From NCBI GenBank assembly GCA_951406725.2, contig OX597823.1, positions 11,532,001 through 11,596,000 on the forward strand: 64,000 bases of DNA, written 5' to 3'. A program made the position numbers and the translations under genes. This document shows positions 38,834 to 53,867 of the stretch, in pieces; positions within the stretch are counted from its first letter, which is position 1, and every line of letters starts with the position of its first letter. Below the pieces are notes generated by a model. It was given only the letters and a program-made list of their open reading frames with translations. It was not told the DNA's origin and did no database searches. This DNA comes from Octopus vulgaris. Taxonomy: Eukaryota.

Positions 38834-39338
38834 CCTTGCCTGGCCCCCGTGCCGGTGGCACGTAAAAAGCACCATTCAACCGTGGCCGTTTGCCAGCCTC
38901 GCCTGGCCCCCGTGCTGGTGGCACGTAAAAAGCACCATTCGACCGTGGCCGTTTTCCAGCCCCGTCTGGCACGTAAAAAGCACCATTTGACCGTGGCCAT
39001 TTGCCAGCGGCACGTAAAAAGCACCATTCGACCGTGGCCGTTTTCCAGCCCCGTCTGGCACGTAAAAAGCACCATTTGACCGTGGCCATTTGCCAGCGGC
39101 ACGTAAAAAGCACCATTCGACCATGGCCGTTTGCCAGCCCCGTCTGGCACCTGTGCCGGTAGCACGTAAAAAGCACCCACTACACTCACGGAGTGGTTGG
39201 CGTTAGGAAGGGCATCCAGCTGTAGAAACATTGCCAGATCAGACTGGGCCCTGAGGCAGCCTTCTGGCTTCCAAGATCCCAGTTGAACCGTCCAACCCAT
39301 GCTAGCATGGAGAACGGACGTTAAACGATGATGATGAT
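38834..39338 (+). mobile_element. SINE-like family A with an expanded internal tandem array
   Basis: About seven GCACGTAAAAAGCACC units ahead of the core and (GAT)n tail. Confidence 0.88.
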
Positions 39339-40235
39339 GTGTGTGTGTGTGTGTGATGGTGAATTTAAAAAAAAACCTTAGAAAAATCTGCTAGCAGCTT
39401 ACTCTCAAAAATGTCTGTCCATGAAAAAAGGCTATCAGAATTGTTCCAAGGGTGTTATTCATGGAAAAAGTGATACTTGAGCCAATCAGGGGTGAAAATA
39501 CTCCTGATCTCTGCTTCAAGAACAATATGGAGCTCCTCCATTATATGAAGGTAACATCAGTGATTCTCTCAAGCTATAACATAATGGAACGAGCAATGTA
39601 TAGACCAAATGATAGCAAATATATTCTCATCCTACAAGAAGCACACAAATTCTATCTTGCCTGAATTTCTACAAAGCCAACTGGAAACCAGGGAGGAAAT
39701 TATTCTCACAGACAAAATGTGTGCAAACACATTGGGCTTTGACTGATATCACTGGATTGTAGGATGCATGTGTTTCTGTGTTATTGCACTCTGTTAGGTA
39801 CACATACCAAATTCGTCTTTCACTGCCCTATAAAGATGACAGTTCTAATTCATAAGAGCATATGTGTGTGTGTGTGTGTGTCCAACCATGACAGCATGGA
39901 AGATAGACATTAAACGACGATGATATATATGTATATATACCTTGACTAAACTTTACCCTCATCATCAGGCATTCCATATGTTGTTTTAATAAGAATAATT
40001 CTGTTCTTATTGAGCTGCTTATGACAGATTTTGCTTTCATAGCTGGTTAAGTGGAACAATGCAGAAATGCATGCATCCCACGATCCAGTGATGTTATTCC
40101 ACAGCCCCTCCTTTCTCTCAAAAATGTGTTTGCTCATGTCTAAGTGAAGAGTTTTCTCTAGAGACTATTTCCGTGTGAATGATCTTATTACACCTGAAGA
40201 CACTCAGGTGTGTTAAATATAACTTTATATATTTA

Positions 40236-40282
<47 letters not shown>

Positions 40283-40353
40283 AGGTTTGGAGATGATGTA
40301 CAGGTATTATATATTAGAAGAAATGAGGTTATCAGAAGATCTTACCTCATTTC

Positions 40354-40402
<49 letters not shown>

Positions 40403-40419
40403 ATGTATATGTGTGTGTT

Positions 40420-40470
<51 letters not shown>

Positions 40471-41100
40471 GCGCACACATTTTTATATGCACACTCACAC
40501 ACACATATATATGCACACACACGCACGCACACATATATATATAAAATATGCATTTATATTTGTTTGTGGTATGTGTATGTATACCTCTGTTCATATATGT
40601 GTGTGCTTCTATGTGTTTGTTCACACTAGTTGTCTCTACTTTGAAAGATGCAATCTACTAGCTTTGATTTTTTTTTTTTTTTAGTCAGTTCTCTTATCCA
40701 ACAAATTATCCCCTTTTCAGTATTTTTGTTCCCACCCCCACCTACCTCATTTTGAACCATCCTTCACTCACTCAATTCACTCTCTCAACCCCTACCCATC
40801 TACTCCTCTTATTTTTCCTCCAGCTCCCACCTGGCACCTCATCACCATCTTTATCTCTCTTTCTCGCTCCACATCAATTAGTCCTACCCACAATTGCGTA
40901 AATTCAGGTAGCCATATATCTCCTGTTCATCAAGACACCTGTTTAGCCCCTTCATTTATACTTTAGCTTCTCATCATCTCTCACAAAAAACTGCCCCCCC
41001 ACCCCTTTTTTTACTGTTGTCCCCTTCAGTCAAAGGTGGATCTTAGTCTTGCAAACTAGATGATGACCTCACTTGTGCTGGTGCCATAAACAAGCACCCA

Positions 41101-41310
41101 ATCATCATCATCATCATCATCATCATCGTTTAACGTCTGCTTTCCATGCTAGCATGGGTTGGACGGTTCAACTGGGGTCTGTGAAGCCAGAAGGTTGCCC
41201 CAGGCCCAGTCTGATCTGGCAGTGTTTCTACAGCTGGATGCCCTCCCTAACGCCAACCACTCCGTGAGTGTAGTGGGTGCTTTTTACGTGCCACCGACAC
41301 AGGTGCCATA
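41101..41310 (-). mobile_element. SINE-like family A inserted in an older related element
   Basis: (CAT)n start and family core. Confidence 0.85.
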
Positions 41311-41639
41311 CTCTGTAAAATGGTTGACATTAGAAAAGGCATCCAATCATTAAAAAAAATGCCAAAGCAGACCTTGCTACATGACACAGTCATCTGACTG
41401 ATTGGATTTTGTCAGACCATCCAACCCATGCTAGTATGGACAGTGGGCATTAAAAGATGATGCTGTACATATTTATATGAATTGACCACCGATATCTTTA
41501 TGCCCTCACTCTCACACTAGCTGTCACCTCCTTACATACACACTTTTACACCACCTGTCTCATGACTACACTCACACACACAATTGGCATACTCTCCCAC
41601 TGACAAACTCCACTATACTTGCATGCCTTTATACACATA

Positions 41640-42037
41640 CTAGCAGTATCGCCCGGCATTGCTCGGGTTTGTAAGGGAAATAACTATATAAGCATTTTTA
41701 GAGATGTAAAGTATAATAGCCATCTCAATATGGCTAACCACAAAGGGGGGGGGGGTTACTTTAGCTTTTTACGTTCTGAGATTTAATAATAAATTTTTAG
41801 AGAGTTATTTCCCTTATATATGCCAAAAATGCATTAAAAATTAGAAATATTTATGGTAAATTTTTTTTTAAATCGTAGACTCATCATAAACGTGCGCTAA
41901 TACCCAGAAGGGCTCGATATGAATCACGACTATAAGATACCCGGTTTTGGTTAAACTGCACCGCAAATTGTGGGAGTAGTTAGGAATCTAAATTGTAGGA
42001 GACAGACAGCACACAACCTCACTTTTATATATAAAGA
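41640..42037 (-). mobile_element. Non-autonomous Helitron, copy 5
   Basis: Same termini and body as the other copies. Confidence 0.87.
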
Positions 42038-42222
42038 TATGCATCACACTAACACACATCAACACACCGCTTCATCATCCTTATACCTGATTCCATACAA
42101 AAGTACTTTTATACTTGCACCCCTTACACAGGCACCCCTTCTTTCATTCTACCCTTCTTCCCATAGAACAGCATTCATCTGGTTTCTAACTCTTTACCTG
42201 CTTTTGTGTGTGTAATGTATGT

Positions 42223-42489
<267 letters not shown>

Positions 42490-42688
42490 AGTCTTCTTTG
42501 TTCTTGTCTACCAAATCCGCTCACGAATAGAAGTGCCGCACCACATTAAGGACTAAACTCTAAATGATGTGTTCAGGGAGTGGATTTCTCAACCATGCCA
42601 TACACCTTTGCTTGTCCTCATAAAGCAGGGAAGATGAGACTCTGCCAGTGGCTGCATGAAGCTGTAATCGGTAGCCTCACATTAAATA

Positions 42689-42922
42689 TCTATTTCTTCA
42701 CTGCCCACAAGGGGCTAAACACAGAGGGGACAAGCAAGCACAGACAAACGAATTAAGTCGATTATATCGACCCCAGTGCGTAACTGGTACTTATTTAATC
42801 GACCCCCGAAAGGATGAAAGGCAAAGTCGACCTCGGCGGAATTTGAACTCAGAACGTAGCGGCAGACGAAATACGGCTACACATTTCCCCCGGCGTGCTA
42901 ACGTTTCTGCCAGCTCGCCACC
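42689..42922 (-). mobile_element. SINE family B
   Basis: Family core; ttaaatatc on both sides. Confidence 0.88.
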
Positions 42923-43010
42923 TTTAAATATCAAGTCACCACACAACTAAGCTGATACACAACCAACCCATCCATCCATCCATCTTTGCATGTGTGTGTA
43001 CACACATACA

Positions 43011-43552
43011 CATCATCATCATCATCGTTTAGCGTCCACTTTCCATGCTAGCATGGGTTGGACGGTTCAACTGGGGTCTGGGAAGCCAGAAGGCTGCACT
43101 AGGGCCCAGTTTGATCTGGCAGTGTTTCTACGGCTGGATGCCCTTCCTAACGCCAACCACTCCATGAGTGTAGTGGGTGCTTTTTACGTGCCACCGGCAC
43201 GGAGACCAGACGAAGCTGGCAATGGCCACAATCGGATGGTGCTTTTTATGTGCCACCAGCACAGGGGCCAGGCGAGGCTGGCAACGGCCACGATCGGATG
43301 GTGCTTTTTATGTGCCACCGGCACGGGGCCCAGGCGAGGCTGGCAACGGCCACGAACGGATGGTGCATTTTACGTGCCACCGGCACGGGGGCCAGGCGAG
43401 GCTGGCAATGGCCACGAACGGATGGTGCATTTTACGTGCCACCGGCACGGGGCCCAGGCGAGGCTGGCAATGGCCACGAACGGATGGTGCATTTTACGTG
43501 CCACCGGCACGAGGCCAGTCGGGGCGGCGCTGGCAACGGCCACGAACGGATG
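43011..43552 (-). mobile_element. SINE-like family A with a roughly 60-bp tandem array (about 6 units)
   Basis: Repeating ggtgcttttta(c/t)gtgccaccggcacggg..ccaggcgaggctggcaa(c/t)ggccacga. Confidence 0.9.
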
Positions 43553-43799
43553 CACACACGCATATAGTAAATGCTTTTATGTTATAATAAAAAGCAGATT
43601 TTCTATGACCTGTCACCCTTACTTCTGCCAGTGTTCACCTGTATAAAAATGTATATGTGTGTCTGTAAATGTCTGTTTATGTAAGATACATATATTTACT
43701 TATGTATTCAGTTATATGTGTTTGTATGTGTATTATATACATATACATGTGTATAGATGTACATATGTATACATGTGAGTGTATAAAGAAATAAAGAGG

Positions 43800-44330
43800 A
43801 TAATGAGTTGCCAGAATCCGAGCATGACCTGAAGTAGCAGGATCAACCTTAAAATCACTCAATACAATCTAGCAAAACAGAGCCCTTAACAAGAACTTCA
43901 AATTTAAGCTCCAGAAGATGATAGTTCAGCCTGTTACACTGTTTGGATGTGGAAACTCGACCCTTAGTGCAAGCGACACTGCAAAACACTATGCATTCAA
44001 AAGTGGTTTTCTCAAAGGTTACTGAGGAGCAGCTAGACTAACCCTCAAACAGATGAATCAGTACATGAGAAAATGGGAAGAGAAATAGATTTTTTGGTAG
44101 CCGTCAGGAAGAGCATGCTGCAAAATTATGGGCATGTCACTGGGGCTTGATTGTCAGCACCCACTTCTTAGAGAGAAGAGTCTTTGGGAAACAAGAAAGG
44201 TAATCTGAAAAGACAGCATTAAAGCATGGACTGGAAGACTTCTCTCAAAATCCAGAACCATAACCAAATGCAGAAATTGTGGAATGGTCCCTAACCCTCA
44301 GCAGTCAGAATGGGAATAGGCAAGGCAATA
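43800..44330 (+). mobile_element. Decayed RTE-like LINE 3' fragment
   Basis: QNRALNKNFKFKLQKMIVQPVTLFGCGNSTL resembles the LYGCETWTL motif. Confidence 0.55.
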
Positions 44331-44397
44331 CACACATACATACAGGTGTATGTATGTAATTCTGTGTGTGTGTATTTGTGTGTATATATATGTAAAT

Positions 44398-44752
44398 CAT
44401 CATCATCATTTAGCGTCCGTTTTCCATGCTAGCATGGGTTGGATGGTTCGACCGGGGTCTGTGAAGCCAGAAGGCTGCATCAGGCCCAGTCTGATCTTGC
44501 AGTGTTTCTACGGCTGGATGCCCTTCCTAACACCAACCACTCCGTGAGTGTAGTGGTGCTTTTTACGTGCCACCCGCACAGGAGCCAGACGGAGCTGGCA
44601 AACGGCCACGGACGGATGGTGCTTTTTACGTGCCACCGACACGGGGGCCAGGCGAGGCTGGCAATGGCCACGATCGGATGGTGCTTTTACGTGCCACCGG
44701 CACGGGGGCCAGGCGAGGCTGGCAATGGCCACGATCGGATGGTGCTTTTTAT
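44398..44752 (-). mobile_element. SINE-like family A
   Basis: Family core plus internal repeats. Confidence 0.88.
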
Positions 44753-45019
44753 GTATATATTTAGACATATATACATATGTATCTGTGTGTATATATGTAT
44801 ACACACACACACACACACACACTTCTATGTATATAAACACATGTACATTGTATGCTTGTCTTTTTACACACTCTCTAGTGAAGGGTGAGTGTCAAATTGA
44901 AAGAACCGACATCTGTTTACTTAGAATAAAGAACTTGTGGATAAGTTTGAGTATGAATGAACATTGAATCTGTAAGAGTTAGTTGAACGAAATATATTTT
45001 GTCAGACTAACTGTTTAGG

Positions 45020-45076
<57 letters not shown>

Positions 45077-46079
45077 ATTATGCATGCATATGTATCTATA
45101 TGTGTGTATGTATTTGTATGTATGTGCATTTATGTTTATGCACACACACACACATATACTCACATGTATAAGTGTGTGTGTGTGTATGTATATATGTATA
45201 TAAAGATATATATATATATGTATGTATATAAAGATATATATATATATATGTATGTATATAAAGATATATAAATGCATGCATATTTATATGTGTGTTTATA
45301 TCGGTAGATTGACTGAGAAATATGTAGGGTGATTGGCTGCTTGCCTCGCTGATTGATTGAGTGATTGATTTGTTAAATGGGTGATCAATTGATTTATTGA
45401 AGAATGAACATTCAGCCTTGTAATGACTGTTAAACTTTGCATATTCAGTTGGAATGTTAAGCTAAATTCTTAAAAATATATATTTGTATTCTGGTTGTAT
45501 TTGCATATAATTTCATGATAGAAAGAAACTTAGTTAGGAATATAAACTGGTGTAGCTCTTAAATTACTCAGAATAATGTTTATGTCTCAGAATATGTTAA
45601 CACATGCTAATAACTGAGATAGTTTAAACAAGTCATTTATGATCTAGTGTTGCTGCAAAATCCAGATTTTCTTCATTAAGTTTGCTATCTTCCTGTTGAT
45701 TACTATGTTTCTTGTTTGTAATTAAAAAAAAAAAAATGAGTTTTTGGGTATATGATATTTTTACATGTTGTATATTTTACACTAATTTTATGATGAAAGT
45801 CTACCTCGACAGAATTTAGACTAAGACTCTGAAGACCGACAAAATACGGCTAAGTATTTCGCCGGCGTGCTAAAGATCCTACTAGCTCGCTGCCTTGGCA
45901 GTGTAAACATTGAAACAATTTGAAACTAAGAAATAATACTTAATAGTTTATATTTTATTAATTTCTTTTTAAGCCATTTAAAAGTGGAAAAAAACCCTAA
46001 CTATAAGCTGTAACTATATTTTGCTTTTTAAAGTTTTTGTGGATATTATGAATTTAATTGTGATGTCCATTTGCTTCAG

Positions 46080-46349
46080 TTCGCCGTGTTCCACCTCACT
46101 TTACTATGCCACCTGAAAGCGTTGAGGTGCAACCAGCAACAGATGTCAATCTAACCTGTGTGGCTGTTGGTTCCCCTATGCCAGAAGTAAGGTGGCGTCA
46201 GGGTAACCGAGAACTAACCGATGAAAATGAAATCCCAATTGGTCGAAATGTACTGGAATTAAAAAATGTTCTAGAAACCAAAAACTATACCTGTGTCGCA
46301 TCGTCCGACTTAGGAATTATTGAAGAAATAGCCCAAGTGAAAGTAACTG
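46080..46349 (+). CDS. Lar: LAR exon, Ig3 ([42 protein letters not shown]...[23 protein letters not shown])
   Basis: Acceptor ttgcttcAG at 46078-79; donor G|GTGAGT at 46350; 270 nt, phase 1-1. Carries the LAR Ig3 motifs [30 protein letters not shown] and NYTCVA. Confidence 0.96.
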
Positions 46350-47908
46350 GTGAGTACAACTATTGTTTTCCATTATATATATATATATATATATATTTCG
46401 TGTAAGTTTTTAAAATATAGTGATGGTGGTGGTGATGGTCATAGTGGTGGTGGTAGTGATGATTGGCTGGATGTAGTTTCAGTTTTGACAAAATTTTGTT
46501 TTTCTTATTGTACAGTACTAACAATGTTCAGATATAGCTACACTTCATCGCTTATTTAATCATTTAAAAAAAAAAAAAGTCACTTTTATGAATAGTTATA
46601 AAACTTTACTTTTAGGGAGAAAATGATAAAATTCAGCTAAATCTTTGCAAAAGACATTACTATCTGTAATTTAAATTACAAATTTTTATTTTCCACACAC
46701 ACACACACACTCATACACATCCTCAAGTAAACCAGCATATATATATTTAAAATTAAATGATTGTACTATCTTTTAAACTGCCTGATGTCTATATGTGTGT
46801 ATGTATGTATGTGTCTATATATATATATATATATATATGCATATATATGTATATATATATATAAATTTGTTTTAAATTTTTTGTTTCAATTGTTTGTCTT
46901 TCAATGTTAAATTAGTTGTTTTTATTTTTATTTCTTTGAAATTATTCTTTATAAAGCCATATTTCCTAAATTAAGAGATATATAATTATATGTTAGTTCG
47001 TTAGTATGGAGTCAGTTTAATTTCCTACTGTTCCAAATCACTGTAAATAATCTTGATGCAAAATGGTATTTTACATTTAAAGTATTTACATTAATCATTT
47101 TTATATTTTAAACGTTTTTTTTGTTTTTTTTTGCTAAATTAAAGTACAATAGTTTATGAATATCAAATTATTCCAATTTCTCTGTTTTTCATAAGTAGTT
47201 ATGTAATTAAACAATGGAAAACTGTACATGATGGTCACATTTGTAACCGAGTAAATAGCTCTAAGTTGTAGAAGTTTCTCTAATGTCCTATTCCTTAACT
47301 GATCCTGATTTCCTTTTACCTGAATATCATGTAAAGTAATACAGGATTTAAGAGGGGTTCAACATTGGTAAATAATGTTAGCATGGCATGCTGGGTTCAA
47401 ATCATGCATTGTCCTCTTATACAGTTCCATCTTCCAAATGATAAAGCAGTTGCATAAAAAAATTTCAGTTGTGATTCTCAGACATGTGAAAGATGCATAA
47501 TTTGAACACTTGCCTCAGCTAATCAAAATTATCATAAATGTTTCTTTTTATAAGAGCCAAATAGGTAATCATAAAGTTTGTGTGATCAAGTTTCTTTCTT
47601 GGTAGCTAGAAGTCCGGTCCTTGGTAATGAATTAGTTTAAATTTAATAAGCATATGTGTATAAAAAGAGTTAAAATGTTAAATGTTTGAAATATTCGGTA
47701 AATCAATGTTCAATAAATCTGTTATCTAAACTACATGAAACACTTTAATGACAGGAGGTATCTCAGTTGCTTATTGACGCAGATTATTAATTATTTTAAT
47801 AACAAATAAGATTACTCGGACCATTTATTACAATATCAATTAGGGAAGCATCAATTATTGAATTGATAACAAATAGAAATTCTTGAAATAGTAAAAGTAA
47901 AGTATGTG

Positions 47909-47945
<37 letters not shown>

Positions 47946-47957
47946 ATAATAGTAATA

Positions 47958-48248
47958 TTAGGGAATAAATCCAAACTTACAGGGAAAAATTAGATTTAGG
48001 ATTAAATCCAATTTTATAGTATAAATATATTATATTATATTAAATTAGAGATAAAACCACTATTAGGCAAATCAAACAGTGAAAAACATAAGCCAATACA
48101 TAAAATTAATTTAAAAATATAAAAGTTAAAAATTTAAAAATTATTTAAATAATTTAAACTTATAAATTTTAAATATATATATACAAATATATATATATGT
48201 ATGTATGTATATTTTATGTATATTTTTAGTGGTTTTATCTCTAATTTA

Positions 48249-48258
<10 letters not shown>
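47958..48258. repeat. Second copy of the (TA)n-embedded fold-back element
   Basis: Matches 6676-6830; the inverted arm is shorter (48227-48258). Confidence 0.82.
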
Positions 48259-48304
<46 letters not shown>

Positions 48305-49019
48305 AAGTTTATCATAAAATATAGTTTTAAACCATATTAATATAAAAATACATAATGTAATAATACCATTATAATTAATTAAGAAAGAAAAGAAACAGTT
48401 CGTCAATTAAGTAAAAATGTCTTCTGTATTGCTAGATTTAAGGAAAATCTATAAAAATTAAAATGGGTTTAAATAAAAAAAAAAAAATCGTCAGTCCTTA
48501 AGATAAGAATTTTATTTTAATTAAGATTCTTAATTGTTGTTGTTATCTTTTTTTGTTGTTGTTGTTTTTTCTCTGTTAAAATAATATGATTATTTGATTT
48601 AAAATAATTGAAAATTGTAAAACATTCAAATGTTTTTTTGCATGGCTGAATTAAAATAATTAGTTAACAAGTAAAAAAAAAAAAAATTAAAAAAAAGAAA
48701 GGAAAAATGCAAAACAATAATAAAGCAAAAATATCCCCCAAGGGCTCCGTAGAGGAAAAGAGTTGGAAGTGAAGCCAAGATGGCTTTATTGTAGAGGATA
48801 TAAATGAAGATGCAGCAGTTTGTAAAATTGATTTGTAAATAAAGATGATGACAATAACAAACTTTCTGATTTATACTATTGAAATTTAAAGTTTTCAGAT
48901 TTCTCCAAGAAGGGAAACTTTGTAAAACAAAACAAAGAAATATCTGTGGATGGTTCCCGTTTTGCATGATAGAATTTTGTGTGGAGGCAAATGTTTCCAA
49001 ACATACATAGATATATGTT

Positions 49020-49046
49020 GGTGTGTGTTTGTATATATGTATGTGG

Positions 49047-49097
<51 letters not shown>

Positions 49098-49119
49098 TAC
49101 ATATATACATACATACACA

Positions 49120-49150
<31 letters not shown>

Positions 49151-49227
49151 CATACATATATACATACATACACATGCATATATATATATATATATATATT
49201 CATACATATATACATACATACACATGC

Positions 49228-49264
<37 letters not shown>

Positions 49265-49819
49265 TACATATATACATACACATGCATGTATATATATATA
49301 TATATATATTCATACATATATACATACATACACATGCATGTATATATATACATACATACATACACATGCATATATATATACATATATGTAAATATACATA
49401 TATACATACATACACATGCATATATATATACATATACATATATGTAAATATACATATATACATACATACACATGCATATATATATACATATACATATATG
49501 TAAATATACATATATACATATGCATATATATATACGTATATGTAAATATACATATACTCATACATATATATGAATATACATTACTCATACATATATATAA
49601 ATATACATATACTCATACATATAAATAAATATACATATACTCATAAATATATATATACTCATACATATATATATAAATATATATATATACACATTTATAT
49701 ATAGACATATGCATACATGTATATTTATATGTATATACATACACATATATACATACACATATATATATACACACATGTATATATATACACATATATACAA
49801 TCTTACATACACACGTGTG

Positions 49820-49855
<36 letters not shown>

Positions 49856-49878
49856 TATAGATACTTCCATACACACAC

Positions 49879-49915
<37 letters not shown>

Positions 49916-49948
49916 CACACACATATATACATACATACACGTGTCTAT

Positions 49949-49982
<34 letters not shown>

Positions 49983-50075
49983 GTATGTATTTATTTGTAT
50001 ATGTCTATGTATAAGCATTTGTATTCATATGTGTGCTTCTGTCTATCTATCTACACACACACACACACACATGTA
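49020..50075. repeat. Compound TA/CA/TACA microsatellite field of about 1 kb with higher-order units
   Basis: Repeated catacatatatacatacatacacatgca unit separated by (TA)n. Confidence 0.92.
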
Positions 50076-50149
50076 TGTACAGTTTTAAACAGTACATCGA
50101 TATTTAGAGCACCATATTCAAAATAGAATGTATGAGTGAAACATGATTT

Positions 50150-50950
50150 TGATCTATGTCTAATCTTTTTCTCTTAATGAATTATCATATTTCCTTGGTA
50201 GCCTAGTAGCCATCTATGTTTAGCTTGGAGCAGTAACGTTCCTAAAATCCATTAATCTTTCAGGACCTTCTTACTTCAGCATATAAATGATGCTAGTGGT
50301 GCATTCCGTAGTGGGCAGCAAAGGACCATGGAAACAATGTTGTAACTGATAAAACCCTCATTACTAGATTTAGAACTGTTTCCCATTAATTGCTGATAAC
50401 TTTTATAGATTATTCCATATGTGCTTTGTATTTTGCTCTTAGTAAAGATTTTCGAATTAATGTAGTTTTGTTACAATTCAAATGGGATGATGGAGTTTGG
50501 AATGTTTTTTATCCAGTTTGCTTTTCTGTAATGAATGAAGGTGGTGCGTAATGGCTCTTGTAAATGTGTGGCCAACTAATGCAGAAACGCTGTAGATGTC
50601 AAGAAATATACACCTTAAATATTTAGATTAAAATTGGTGTATTACATAGGCGGTTAGAGCTCAGATCTTATGGTTTCCTGTTTCTGAGAAGGGTTATTTT
50701 GTCTAAAATCTGGTGTTTTTGTAATATATTCCAACTATTAGTTTGTGGTTAGGAATGATTCTGATGTTTTAAGATTTATAATGATGTATTTTTCTCATCT
50801 GTAACTAGGCTTCATTTGGTTCTTATAATAAACAACGAATCTTTTTACTGGGTGTTGTCTTTCCCATTAAAGTGATTTAGTTTATTCTTGTAGTGTTCTA
50901 TAGTCTGGTCCATATTTCAGTGTATGTTATGAACTACTTTGCTGCCCACT
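50150..50950 (-). mobile_element. Possible decayed Penelope-like element fragment (linker region)
   Basis: Minus-strand remnants YYKNQMKPSY and LIVGIYYKN resemble the PLE RT-to-GIY-YIG linker; heavily degraded. Confidence 0.45.
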
Positions 50951-51644
50951 ACATAAATGAAAAGCAACTACTGGTTTCATTTAGTTTATATGCTAAGAAG
51001 TTCATGGAACATTAATGTATTGAGTGGTTTTGTCACAAATTACACTTAAAAGGCTAAGAAGGAAATATGAAAGATAATTCCCATTTGTATACAAGAAATA
51101 CTGTTCCTTATGTATGTGTCTACGTGTGTATATATCTAACATGTGCGCAAGTGTATATGATGTATTTGTGTGTATGTATGCCTGTATATTCATGTGTGTA
51201 TATACATATTTGTGCCTGTACATGTCTATATGTTTATATATATATATGTGCAAGCATGTATAAATGTTTGTGTGTATACATATATATGTGTGAATATACA
51301 TAAACATATATATATAAACAATGAATTTGAAAAATGTTTCCACTTTATGTATTGAGTACTGTACCCTAAATTGGTAGCAAATTAAAATAGTAGCATATAA
51401 GGGAGGGGGTTGGGTTAGAAATTTTCATTCAGAAAGAGCACACACACGCACACATACACACACACACACACAATGAAATGTAGAAGGAAGGAAGGCTATA
51501 TTGAATGTCCTTAGTGATTGTGGTAATATTGTACAGTATATTTGACTTATAAACAAATAATAACAGTGAAGCAATTTTATAAATATGCATCTTGTAGAAA
51601 AATAATTTTTCCTGATTATAAATATATACACTTAGAAATACATA

Positions 51645-51877
51645 AGGCGGTGAGCTGGCAGAACCGTTAGCACGCCGGGCGAAATGCGTAGCCGTATTTC
51701 GTCTGCCGTTACGTTCTGAGTTCAAATTCCGCTGAGGTCGACTTTGCCTTTCATCCTTTCGGGGTCGATAAATAAAGTACCAGTTATGCACTGGGGTCGA
51801 TGTAATCGACTTAATCCCTTTGTCTGTCCTTGTTTGTCACCTCTATGTTTAAGCCCCTTGTGGGCAGTAAAGAAACA
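51645..51877 (+). mobile_element. SINE family B with 16-bp TSD
   Basis: tatacacttagaaata on both sides. Confidence 0.9.
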
Positions 51878-52301
51878 TATACACTTAGAAATATATATGG
51901 TTATATTAATATTTTGATAAATGTATGCCAATAATTCACTAATATATGAATTTATATACACTCATATATGAATATGTGCCCATATATGTCTGAATAACTA
52001 TTTTTTTTTATATGTTTGCATCATAAATACTAAAATATATGCAACCAAACACATGCAGAAGGAAAAAGAGTTTAAAGAAATAAAATATATGAATACATAA
52101 AAACACAATATAGAGAGTTGAATGGGTGGTATAAAAACAAGAGCGGGGGGGGGGCGGGGAAATGAGCAAAGCTTTATCAAGAGTACGGAGTCTAACTTTA
52201 TATATTTTTTTTACTGAATGATGTTGATACAAGCAGATGAGTGTTACAAATCGTTAAGTAGTTATTAATATATGTAGTAATCAGTAATATGGTGTTACCT
52301 T

Positions 52302-52332
<31 letters not shown>

Positions 52333-53867
52333 AAAGCATGATAATTAAAAACTTAAAGATGCATAGATAACAAAATACTTACTTGTGTGTGTGTATTTAA
52401 ACATGTGCATCTATTTTCATAGATATGTGTATGCACATATAAGCATATTTACATACACATGTATATATATATATGTGTATATATGCACATGCATAGACAT
52501 ACACACACACACACACATACTTATATAGATTCATATATATATATATATATTAATACATATGCTTGCTCATATACCACCACATATACCCCACACATATACA
52601 TATGTGTAATTACTTATACATGTCCTTGTGTATGACAAATGATAGAGCTGCAAAAGTCATTATTACTAATTTCATTGCAGTTACATCCTGTTAAATGTGT
52701 GAGGTAGTAATGGAACATACAGTAAAATTATATACCTATGTAGATGGGTGTGTGTATGCATGTATATAAATAATGTTTTGGTGAGTGTAGCAGGAAAGCA
52801 AGATATGCTAAAATTTTGGAACCGCCAAATGCACTCTGACTGGGATAGTCAAATGGTGTTTACATCTTGTAGCTGTCATTTTTGAAGAGAGATTGCTTAC
52901 ATAAAGACATCATGCTTAACGAATATGTTTACTACACCTTGTTTAGGTGTGTAGAAGGAGAACGAAACAGTTTTATAAAAATATTTTATTGCAAAATGTG
53001 TGAAATATTCACAGACTGTTTTGATGATGAAAATCTTAGAATGTTATTTGTATGTTTATAACCATCGTTTTATAGGGTTGGTGGGTATTACTGTCATAAG
53101 CCATTCCCTGCTTTGTTGAACATCTTACTTACAAAGCTTATTGTATTTCACAGTGTTTGAGCTGACAACAAGAAATGAACTTAGAGAGAACAAATTACAT
53201 AGAACTTTCAAAGCATTTCAGATCTTGTGTGTCTCTGAAATTAATTTTCTCAGCTGTATGTTTAGTTTGCTTCGTAGCCATGTGATTGCAGGTTCAGTTC
53301 TCCTGCGTGGCACCTGAGGCAAGTGTCTTCTCTTGTAACTCTAGACTGACAAACATTTTGTCAGTGGATATGACAGACAGATACTGAAGAGAAACCTACT
53401 GTATGTGTTTTTCTTTACATCTGTGCTTCTGTGAAAGTTTGGACATTAAGATGATGTTGATGTTGGTATTTTTCCTATCAATAAATTGTCTAATTGCTTC
53501 TTGCTTTTAAAGCCATGTAAGTTTATAGACCCCTCAGTTGAGAGACTAATAAGGAATAGTTAGCATTGAGGTCCTCCGCCTGTAACATGTGTACCTAGTC
53601 TGTGCTAGCTTGGAAAAACAGGTAAAACAAGAAAAAAAAGTTATAGGTGTTGCTTGAGAAAGACCTTGTTTAGAAGAAAATCATTGTCATTGACTAATTT
53701 CACTTTTTTTTTTCTCAAATTTGTTTCACAATATTACTTATATGAATCATAACATCAATTACATGAAATACAAACTGTCCACTTGCAAGTGGTAGTGTGC
53801 TTTGCTTGTTAGAATATTTATATATTTTTGGATAAGCAAATTTATTTGCAAGTGATTTCAAAGTTAA

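Noticed and set aside
38837-39180. Regularly spaced repeats resembling a CRISPR array
   Set aside because: The spacers are themselves repeated, the array is inside a eukaryotic retroelement, and there are no cas genes.
42990-43646. Long ORFs (218 aa here, 186 aa at 38740-39300) and recurring MDGSTGVCEARRLHQ peptides
   Set aside because: They are read through family A repeats, are open in several frames, and show no domain motifs.
48720-48840. Purine-rich stretch that looks coding
   Set aside because: All three + frames stop within about 40 codons and there are no convincing splice sites.
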